Shown one piece after another: positions 43,263-53,855 of a stretch of 53,855 nucleotides of DNA (position 1 is its first letter; each line of letters starts with the position of its first letter). The notes under the pieces are model-generated. The model was not told the origin of the DNA and did no database searches. It saw nothing but the letters and a program-made list of their open reading frames with translations. Source of the DNA: Schmidtea nova (lineage: Eukaryota). A program made the translations under genes and the position numbers. The stretch covers positions 524,716,146 to 524,770,000 of the forward strand of contig CM097882.1 of the NCBI GenBank assembly GCA_044892505.1, read 5' to 3'.

Positions 43263-45689
43263 AATCCATATTGCCATATGGCAACGCTAAGAAGTTATAC
43301 TGCTATTAGGATGTCAATTGTTAACATGATTGAAGTTATTGCAGTTTCTCCAATAATTCCACAATATCAGCAAAAATAATAAAAAGGCCATGAAAATTAG
43401 ATTTTAGCAATTTATTATGGAAATAAATTTTATTGTGATTTATGAGAATCTTCCAAACAATCGATACAAATACCAATTTTACATTTTTTACACATTGTTC
43501 TCATTATGGATTTACAGTTTTTGCCAGCATCGTCATTTTTTGTTATCCGGTATTTTTCCTACGAAAAATGATCTCTTCCATCTGATCTTACTTCTTCTGA
43601 TATCATTTTCATGATGGAGCTTTTCGGGGATAAAGATCTCCCTGCACCTTTTACCGCTTTTCCATATTGGCAAAGTTAAGTTAGTACAATTTCTCTTCGA
43701 AATCAAAATAGTGGAATTTCAAAACTTCCAAATTTCTGTTTAGGCATCCATGCATTATGAATGCATATATTTATTAGCCATGAAAAAAAGAGGTCAATAC
43801 CATATTTATTGCGTTTGTTTATACGATTTTTGGCAACATTTTCTTCCATTCTATCGATTCCACCCATGTATTTATTATATTCCCCCATACCTTATGGTCG
43901 TAACACTCCGATAATGTTTTATGTGCTAGAGAGTATCTTTTGACGGTCAAAAGTTGCGCAACGCTATTGCAATTCGAAACAATTGAGACATTATAATTAT
44001 CTACCCATTTCACAACAACTACTGCATCGTCTTTACAAATTGTATACTGATAAACTCCTCTATCATTCCTTTTAAATTCTTTATTTGAAGGTAGAATATT
44101 ATTTTTGAGAATTCTGTTCTCTCTTATTGTTTCCGTTGCGTGGTGTATTCGTTTTTTTGAATAACATAATAAATTCAGGTTGGTAAATAAATTATCAAAA
44201 TATAAATGATAGGGCAATGACTGCTTGTTATTGGGCAAAGAATTCAGCATCGTGAGTAAAGAAGTAACAGTTTTCCTAAAACTTTTTAAGTATCTATCGT
44301 TTGAAAATAAATTTCGAAATCCACAAGATATCCATTTACAGTGTTTAAACACCATACTTTATAGGCTAACCTAATCGGTTGTCCATGAATGTATTGCTTG
44401 CATCCGTGTTTACCGAAATACTTCACAATTTATTCGTAAAATGACAAATTCTTTTCGGGAATATAGTGTTTGTGAATGTTCGTTTTTACCATATTCCCCA
44501 AAGGTCGTAATTTTCCCATTTTGTCGCATTTATTTGGATTGGAGTGATCGCAAAAATGAAAAAAAGTCTTAAAATCTGTTCAAATCGATTTCTCCGCATA
44601 CTTCATTACTAGCTCATTGCCAATATCGTTATTCTTATCCCAATAAATTCTCTTTCCTGACAATTTATCATTAACGCTGAGAATCAATATTGTCACGAAA
44701 ATTTTAATTTCTTTGGAAGTTATTGCAGGATCTACACAATTATAAAATTGCGCGTATTCGTTTGAAGAACTCGTTAAAAAATAAATAATTTCTTCACTGA
44801 GAATTAATTCAAAGATATTTGAATAAGATGTGCTTGTAAAATCATGAACATGGACTGTAAAATTATCTTACACTGTAGCTTCAAATTGTTCTTCGATCCA
44901 TGCCCTTTCTTCATTTTCCTTCTAGGCAAATTCTTTTTCTATTCGATGAGTCCTTACAGCTTTTGCTTCTGATAACAACTGTATCCCATTCGAATTATCA
45001 TACTCACGCTCAACTTCATCTCCCAGAATCTTCATCCATAAGAACGGCTACCTCGAGTGGAGATAAAAAAACTGCCTTTATTGGTTTGTCGAAGTTTTCA
45101 TTTCTTTCCTCGTTTTCTGAAATCATGTCTAATGCTTTTATGGCAGTAAATCCATCCGCAAATCGAATACCCATGCTTCTAAAATAAAATTTTTTTACAA
45201 TATAAAATTGAATGGTCATAATAAATGATCCTAAATCTAAATAATATGTAATGATGGCGAAGTAATATTATTCTTTCGTTTTAGAAATAGCGTTGGGAAT
45301 AATTTAGCGTTGCCATTGGCAACACAAAGAATTCCGTCATGTTTCCTAAAAAAGTATAGTGGAGAGTAAAACTAATAACATTCATTTATAGTATGAAGGA
45401 TATAGAATATAATACTTAAGAATAAATTATTATTATTATTATTGCGAAATATGAGAAATAGTTACTTACCTCGCGTAATCATACATATCGCCGTCCATCA
45501 TAAAAAACACTAAAATAAACTAACTATTATTTCTCACAAAACTTCATTCGAACACATTTAACTGATTGTTACATCTCGACTGAGATTTATGTACATGCAA
45601 ACACTTCCCGGCACGATTTGCTTAAACAAAAAAGTGCAAAGTTGCAAATGACGATTCAATGCGCTATGATACCAAATGACAACAATTGG
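43263..45689 (-). mobile_element. Degenerate piggyBac (PGBD3-like) transposon; ends approximate
   Basis: Minus-strand YHLYFDNLFTN, TIRENR, VVVKWVDNYNV and YNKYMGGIDRM. Inverted TTGCCATATGGCAACGCTAA motifs at 43271 and 45304. TTAA at 45690. Confidence 0.75.
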
Positions 45690-46290
45690 TTAATAAGGGT
45701 AATTACTAATGAGATATTATATGACTGTACAATATCAATTATTTAAAACAAAAGGTAAAAATTTGAGTAAATTGATATTTAACATTCAACTGATTAACTT
45801 TTTGAAAGATTATTTTTATGTGCCTGATTCATTTCATGTAATGACTCGTATTCGCAGCATTAGCATAAGTTTGCATGCTCTAAATCGAAACAGATTTTTT
45901 ATTATAACGCATACTGATAACAGGATAGTAATCTTTTAATAGAATCTTTTAAGTAGATTAATAATAAAGATAAATTTAACAACTTCAAAACTAAAACTCA
46001 TGTGACTTACTTGATAGTAGTAGTGGCTTAAAATTGAACCCGCGAAATTTTTTAGTTGTTTTTATTTATTTTATATAATCTTATATAAATAATATTCTAT
46101 TAAAATTCATGATATAGCATCACTTAAACCTGGTATTCAAACTTGCGATCTTTCACAAATCATACGATACAAACCGCACTAATGGCGTTATTTATAAATA
46201 AGAGTTTGATTATAAATTTTCATTATTTTTAAAAGGACCAATATTTGTTATTACAAAAAAAATATTGATAAAAATAATAATGAAATTTCT

Positions 46291-47063
46291 GAAAAATTAA
46301 CAAGGTTAAAAAGCTTGACCGATGGGTACCTCACGAATTATGCGAATATCAGAAAACAAATCGTCTTCAAGCTTGTCTTTCTTTGTTTTTACGACAGAAA
46401 GCCGAACCATTTTTTAAACGTATCGTGACGTGTGACGAAAAATGGATTAGATCCGATAATCGTAAGCGATATTCTCAATGGTTGGATAAAAAGATGAAGC
46501 ACCTAGATTCTGTCCAAAGCCAAACGTTCACCAAAAGAAAATCATGGTATCCATCTGGTGGTCCTATGCTGGTATTATCCACTATACATTTTCAAAACCA
46601 GGAAAATCTATTACAGCAGAAACATACTGTACCCAATTAAAGGATATGATGAAGTTGCTCGCTATTAAGATTGGTCAATCGAGACAAACCAATTATCTTG
46701 CAAGACAACGCTCGACCACATGTTGCCAAAGCAACGCTGCTCCAACTGCAGGAGTTAGAACTGGAAACTCTCTGCCACCCACCGTATTCGCCAGGCCTTG
46801 CGCCAACAGACTATTATTTCTTCCGAGCTTTGGATCATTTCTTGGTTGGAAAAATATTCAATACAGATGCGGCTGCGAAAAACGCCTTTCATGATTTCAT
46901 CACCAGACTTCTTCGCTGCTGGAATAAACAAGTTACCATTAAGATCGCAGAACTGTGTTGATAGTTTTGGTAATTATTTTGAATAAATATATGGTATTTT
47001 GCTTCTTATATTGTAAATCAAAACGTTGATTAAAAATCCGACATTTCATACTTTATGATCTAA
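46291..47063 (+). mobile_element. 5'-truncated mariner (WVPHEL type, different from the other copies)
   Basis: KLDRWVPHEL, RIVTCDEKWI, LQDNARPHVA and HPPYSPGLAPTDYYFF. Right TIR-like end ..CATACTTTATGATCTAA followed by TA. Confidence 0.85.
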
Positions 47064-47193
47064 TAGAAACGAAAAGGTCAAGGTGAAAATATATGATGTG
47101 ATTGTTATTAAAAATTGTTGTATTTATCTATTGCATATTCTCATAAAAAACGTAGAAATCACAGGGTTTTATTACAAATGTTATAAGTAACTC

Positions 47194-48409
47194 TTATGAC
47201 TCAATCAGATCCAATAACTCGGCAGCACTCGGTCGACTTTGTGGATCCTGCGCCAAGCATGTGTCAATAAGTCTCTTGAAAGAATCAGGTCTTGTATCAG
47301 GAAATGTGTAATTAATTTTCCGGTTTTTTAAAAGTGTTTTTCCAATTTCTGCGCAACTTTGTCCTTGAAATGGCTCAACGCCTAGAATAACGAGTATAAA
47401 TTCAATTACGAAATTGCTTTATTACCCGTAACCAATTCCACTAGAATCGCCCCAAAAGACCATATATCAGCCTTTGAACCTAGTGTGTTACCCTCCTCGA
47501 ACACTTCAGGAGCCATGAAGTTATTAACAAATGGTTTTGACATTGTAAATCCACAGCTCAATAAATCAGAATTGACCCCTTGATAAAACTTAGACAGACT
47601 GAACCCTGATATTTTAATATTGTTTTCCTCGTCCAGCAAAACGTTGCTTGCTAACAAAAATGAGAAATAAACAGCAAATATCTTTTTTCACTCACATTTA
47701 AGGTTACAGTGAATAACAGCATTGTTGTGAAGGTAATTTATTCCTTCAAGCATTTGTTTAGACCATTTTTTAATCATCGAATTCACAACATGTCTATGAT
47801 GAATATAATCGTGAAGTGAACCCTACAATAAATGAAAGAAATTGTTTTTTTAAAGATTAAATAAAATTAATCAGACTCCAGCCATATATTCCATTCCCAT
47901 ATAAAATGACTCCAGGTCTTTATAAAAAGCCTTCAGTTGAACAATTCTAGGATTTGTATCCAATAGGGCGAACGAAATCAATTCTCGTATCATCGGCTTA
48001 AATGAATTGTCAGTCAGCGATTCCGTTGCATTATATTTCTTGATCATTATCATCTGACCTGTTTCATCTTTAGCCTTATATACCTTTGAATAAGATCCGT
48101 CCAATACACTACCACCACATTTATTTAGGGTTTTAACTCTTAATAATTGTTATTGAAATTAATTATTTATCCGACTACTTTTTATAAAGGCAATATTTTA
48201 TTGTACTCTCGTTTATTATTTTGTAGTTTCGAACTAATTTACTTTCTTCCAAATAATCAAATTGGTGAAATAAAACAAAATCTGTTTCGTCGTATCGGAT
48301 TTTTCGAGCTATCTGATTTTTCAGTTTCTGTACTGACACAGTGTTAGAAAATTTCACTGTAATTCTGTCACCTCTTTCAATAAGAGGAAGAATGAATGCC
48401 TCTCGGAAT
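47194..48409 (-). CDS. Spliced gene: ubiquitin-like domain fused to a predicted pseudokinase (5' end unresolved)
   Basis: Exons 48409-48179, 48138-47877, 47822-47696, 47650-47426 and 47381-47194 are joined in frame by GT-AG introns of 40, 54, 45 and 44 nt. Kinase motifs: GSYSKVYKA, IMIK, HCNLKSSN, KISGFS, MAPE, DIWSFG and RPSA. Confidence 0.8.
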
Positions 48410-51400
48410 CTGAATATAAAAGGTTGTAATACATTTACAGTTCGTGTAACAAAAGATTTTACACGGAGAATTAAAACTAAATGTCAAAATTTCTATGTTC
48501 AGTCAATTAATTAAGTTATTTTTTGTGTCAGTTCCTGCATCGTGTGAGCTATTTCTAAATAACAGAACAGTAATCATCCACAATATTTATATGATTTAAA
48601 AATTAAAAAAAGTATATATAATATCAGACAATTCAATAAAAATACTATATACCTCAATTTTAAAATTGCACCCATAATTCTTTGCTGGGAAGGGCTTCGA
48701 TTGTTCTAATATAAGTTTCATTTTCCAAAATTTGTGTTAATTTAAATTTGTGAAAGCTAAAAACACCCTGATCCATATATAATATATACCTGTGCATGTG
48801 TGTGGATATAAACGTAATTATGTATATTAGAAATTATTTGTGGCATTACATTTATTTATGGCTATCACTTAATAACGCACGAAATTAAATGAATTTGAAC
48901 CAATTTTTTATTAATATTGCACCAATTAAATAAATACATAATGAACAAAATTAAATTAGTTTTGTTGGTGTGTTGATAGGTGGTCTTAAACTTGGGGTTT
49001 ACTCGATGGACTGATTAGGGCAACCCGCCAACATAAAAACGTTAACCCGGTGCTAGTACCCGTGATTTGCCCCTAATTGTTCATCACGTTCGTGATGTAC
49101 TGTCTAGTGTAGGTCAATAGGGCAGGTGAGCTACCTCGCGATAACTATTCCCCTATCGTCCCTACGGGTTCGTTCTGACCGATAGAAGGTCTTAGCAGTT
49201 GTCATTATTTCCCCTGGATTTATATTTTAATTAGATTTATAATCCATCATACCTCACATACGTCCTCAACATTCCTCAATTAATAACTGTGTAAAACATC
49301 AAATACATTTATTTCACTCAAAAAATGCATTTGTATCAAATAAAAGTTTATTAATTGGCGTTCCGATAAGCCACTCAAAATATCAACTTGAATGCGCATT
49401 GTTTCAGCGAAGATCCGTCTCTCTCTTCGCCTTTTCACCTCCAATCTATTCCTTTTCTTTGGCTTCCCCGTCGCCGAACTAGTAGATGGTATTCCGTCGA
49501 TTATTGGTGCCAGTGCGGTTGGTATCACCTCCTCGGTTTGTGTTTCAAAAGTTATTGCCCATTTCGGTACCCACCTATCAAAGGTTCTAGATCGTATTTG
49601 TTCCTTCAAATACTTCTCTACGAAGTCATCTGAAACGATTTTTAGACAGCGATTCAGCTCCAGTCTAGTGGTGGAGATTTATGCTGTTTGCTCTCCTAAA
49701 GCCTGCTTTATCCGATCGTTTCTTTTCAGAACTTCATTCATTGCATCCAGACTAAACCAGGTCCATCACAGTTCCTCTCTCTCTAACATTTGGCAATTTA
49801 TTTTACCCTCCAGCAGCCTAATACATCGCTGCAACTGCTACTCGGTGGGCGAATCAATTTTCAGATTAAGGCTATCTATCTAAAAGTTACATGAAGGCTT
49901 AGCGATAGAAACTTTTTATGTTCATTTGTTTTTATTCACGCTGTAACTATCCCCTCAGAAAATTAATCATAATTCGGTGGCTTTCTATTCCATACTTATG
50001 TTCAGTCGTACCCTAGCTCATTTATCCTCATTCAATCATCATCGCAATGTTGACTAAGTTGGGCCTCATCTTCTTTCATTTCACTCACTCTATAAAATAA
50101 GGAAATCATTCTACAGACATTACAATCAAACGTGACGATTTCTATCTCTTGACAAATTGGTTTGCTATAAATTGTACAATATTAATAGTAATTGGTCTCT
50201 CTCATTTAGGTACATAAATTGCTCAGTCTTCCGCATACAAACCAGCCAACCGAACAAAACGTAAATTGACTGAATTAATTTTATTTATGGGCTACTCATC
50301 AATACTAACAAGGAAAAGTTTTCGTTTAAATCTCTATAATCCATCGACTTCCTCCAATGTCCAGTTGTCCTCGGTATTCCTGTACGACCAATCCTGTATT
50401 TCTTCCGCTTCTTCTTTGATAATGCCACTTGGGTAGTATATATCTGGATTTGGAGTCCAGCATAGTCTTGAGTTGTATATAAAGATTTCTTTGATTACTA
50501 TTTGTCGGGTCCAGTTTAAAAAATATCGCAATTCGCGGTATTCCCCGGTACCTAGCTGTCACAGCCTGTCAGGTAATACGTATCCTAGCCGGTGAAGATC
50601 GCGAGTCGGAATATGACAAAACGCGACCACCCACCATGGGGTCAACTCATTGTCGCGTAAAACGACGAACCATTTTTGAGAGATGATGTTCGAATTTTCG
50701 GATGGTCATAGTGGGCCTCCCTCATATCAGAGGTCTTCATTGGATTTTTCCCACAAGCTAAAAGGAACTTGGGTTTTGAATAATTTACGCCAGTTTTGGA
50801 TTTGGCGTTGCACATCGTTTAAAATTCTATGAGGGGCCTGCGTCAACGGCCAGAAACCAATCTGGTTGACCTTTTCGTTTCGGAAATAAATGGTGGGTTT
50901 CTTCCGCGCTGGTTTGGAATTCGGTTGGATATTCGTCGGCTTAGGTGTCATAACTGTATTTCTTATTCGAATTATAATTACAAAATGAAAAATTTTTATT
51001 TTTGTTTTCGTCAGAGTAAATTAGATTAGAATACTGAGAAAATAATGGCTTTTTCTATTCGATCGTTATGCAATTTGTTTTTCACGGTGCACTTTCCTTA
51101 ACAATAAATAATCCTAGAGAATGGTGCATATACAGTGCATATATTTAAATTTACAATTGAAGAGAATTATAGTGGCAGATGTTGGCCTTATTGATTGTGA
51201 TCGTATTTAGTAAGTCTCGACATGGATTATTTTTCTGAACGATCGATCCTCTGCGTGGAATTTACCGAGAATATTGGTTTGATCTACTGTGAACAGCTGT
51301 TTGAGTAATATCGAATGAATCGCTCCGAAATTAAATTGCAAATGACTTACTCACTCAATCTCGCCTTCCGAATACTCAACAATCTAAATTCATTTTACCT

Positions 51401-51870
51401 CGTCAACATTACTTCAATTTGTGCCAATCATCGTCAACTAGGGGTTTTCAGCATCAACAGAACAACTTCTAACCATTCATTCCTCGTCAATAACACGTAT
51501 CATCGAACGGAATAACAGGATTCAAATCAATTATGGAGTCACTAGTAATGTCTCAATCAGTACGCATTATATGGCATTTCTCGCTCAATGGAAAAAATCA
51601 AAAAAACTACGTGGTTCTGCCTCAATGGTCGGTTGCATGGACCAGAAGATACCCCTCTCGTCGGTTTATCGATTCCATCTTTGTGAACTTTATTGGTTTC
51701 CCTACGATTTGTGGTGATGTTAGATTACTACCGTGGATCACTATTTATATGTATTCCATCAATTATAATTTCCGCATTTTTGTGTTTTCATTTTATACTC
51801 TGCTACGGGGTTTTATCAATTTTGGTGCGCAATCTACGCTCAAATTTAAAGATTAGATAGTACAAGTAAT

Positions 51871-52482
51871 ATGATTTCGCAAAATACAGGTATGAAACTC
51901 AACAAGGTATATATGACTGAATTTGACTTCAGTATATATACTATTTCTGTAGCTGTCTCAGCCAATCAGAATGCTCCTTATGTTATAATAACTGACAGGT
52001 ATTTATTTTGTTGACAGTTTGTTGGATTATAATTAATGTCATTTTTTAAGCTTCGGGTTATCTAGGTAAATCTATTTCGTTTAATATTTATTTAAATTCC
52101 CTTTTAGATTCCATTATGTGATTGGAGTGCAACCGGTATATTTGATTGGGATTTTATTTTATTATTTACCTTAGTTAAAAATTTATGTTATTTCCTGGAA
52201 TCACAGGTAGTTGTAATTGTATTTTTATTGTATTTTATTGATTCCTTCCATTTTATGTTTTAGGTTCAGCCAACTATGCATGTATTGCCCCTGTTATTGC
52301 TCCTGTAAGTGTTTTCCTTTTATTGATTATCTCTTGTGTCATGATTATTTTTATTTTAGATTTTAGATTTTCTTGTTATTTCAGGTAATTTCCTATTGTT
52401 CAACTTATTTAGATATTAAATATTTTATTTATTTCCAGTACCGAGCCCTACTTGGCTGGCCCAACAGTTTGAACCAAAGTAA
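51871..52482 (+). CDS. Candidate micro-exon gene (8 exons, about 80 aa model)
   Basis: Exons 51871-51889, 51953-51998, 52051-52065, 52108-52135, 52175-52206, 52264-52304, 52367-52384 and 52439-52482. All donors are GTA and all acceptors are T-rich plus AG; the spliced frame is open from ATG to TAA. Confidence 0.45.
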
Positions 52483-53029
52483 AATTTTTTAAAATATTTC
52501 AACGGAACCGTTTATTTAGTCTAAACGTTTTACAAGACACAAGAAGTCCTTTCAGAAAAGTTTTACAAATAACAATGATTACAGAAGAAGAGTTTGAAGA
52601 CATCCCTAATTTTTGACGTATACCAGACGAAATAAATTGAATTGAAATAAATAAATCATAAAAAATATTTTGTTCCATTATTATTAAATTGCGGGTTCAT
52701 TTAAAACTAAATTTGGTGCAATAAGTAATTGTTGTTAATTTTTGCAGTATACCAGATGAAATAAAAATTAAAAAACGAAATTTGGTGCTAAACAATTTTT
52801 ATTGGTTCAGTATTTATTGGATTTGGTGTATCCATAATTTGGTTCAAATGGTATTATATTTGGTTCATTTTTAACTAAAATATTGGTTAAGTTAAATTAA
52901 ATTTGATGCACATAAAACTGAATTTGGTTCATTTAAAATTTTAATTTTTTGTAGGAGAACATTAGACAACGTACAGCCAGACTTTGTCAAATTTAATACC
53001 AACTCAAAAAAGTACAAATTCAATTGATT

Positions 53030-53285
53030 TGATTGTAAGATTTCAAACTAGGTCATAATGCATCGAAAGCTGCTTGTAATATCATCCAAGCATTTGACCA
53101 GGAGTCAATCAACGAACGTACAGATTTACATTAGTTCCAAAAATTTCGTAGTAGAGATGAGAGCCTTGAAGATGCTGAGGATCGCGGACGTCGTTCTGCA
53201 ATTGTCAACGACCAACTGAGGGCAATTATTAAAGCAGACCCACTCCAAACAACTCGAGAACTTTCAGAAGAACTGAACGTTGGCC
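53030..53285 (+). pseudogene. Mariner transposase N-terminal relic (Hsmar1-like HTH)
   Basis: FKLGHNASKAACNI..FQKFRSRDESLEDAEDRGR..NDQLRAIIKADPLQTTRELSEELNV. Confidence 0.8.
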
Positions 53286-53855
53286 AAAATGACGATCGGG
53301 GACGATGGTTCCCGTCATATTAATAGAATTGTCCTTACGTTCTCAGTGCTGAAATAGGTCTTCTTTAAACGCGAGGTGATTTCAGTATGATCGAATGATG
53401 TCTTTTCAATGCTCTTTCCGCGAATTGACTTTTTCGAACAACAATTCCTTGGCTCGAAGACTTGGAAAGTATTGTATAACACTACGAGTTAAATTTTTGA
53501 ACAGGGATTCGCCTTGTAAAGTGTCTCTCGGTTGGTAGTCTGGTTTATTCGATTTGGGATGGCGGTATTTAAACCTATTTTCTCTTGTTTTCATTAGCGC
53601 GTTTAAACAATTTGTTCTAGAACGAATTTCTCGATTTTTCCAAAATTAAATTTAACGATTTTAGGGAAAATTAAATATTATTTTTTGTAAAATTTTATTT
53701 TTAAATTAAAGTTTTTTACAACTTTAATTAAATTTGATAACTTTTTATTGATTTGAGGTTTTAAGATAAAAACGAAATATTCTTTCTAAAAATATATAAA
53801 TTTTTCCTGATTTGTAATTTTATTTTGCAAGTAATGTTTTTGTGTTATATTTGTG

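Noticed and set aside
53400-53600. 62-aa minus-strand ORF near the window end
   Set aside because: No recognisable motif; may be a TE relic but cannot be assigned.

Overview
AT-rich invertebrate-type eukaryotic DNA with four N gaps and very short (about 40-60 nt) introns. The host cannot be named; an Ala2 actin remnant and the repeat landscape only weakly suggest a flatworm. The window is dominated by transposable elements. The centrepiece is a complete, apparently very young 13,975-bp Ty3/gypsy LTR retroelement (28664-42638) with 1,126-bp LTRs in which I saw no mismatch, a GTAG 4-bp TSD, a tRNA PBS and a PPT. Its single 3,049-aa ORF has an unusual layout: Gag(CA, CCHC) - ubiquitin-like domain - AT-hook - Bcl-2-like domain - internal signal peptide - chuvirus-like fusion glycoprotein with TM - protease - RT - RNase H - integrase - second signal peptide - FN3/mucin/TM type I membrane protein. 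A second ORF follows, containing an ISG20/REX4-like but degenerate exonuclease, and it runs through the PPT into the 3' LTR. Also present: an intact hAT (Blackjack-type) transposon, several mariner copies, Buster, hAT and piggyBac relics, a Mutator-like foldback element, Penelope-like fragments carrying minimal hammerhead ribozymes, actin and GPSM/Pins pseudogenes, a partly gapped peptide-type GPCR, a spliced ubiquitin-like/pseudokinase gene and a candidate micro-exon gene. All domain calls come from motif recognition by eye and need HMM or structure confirmation.
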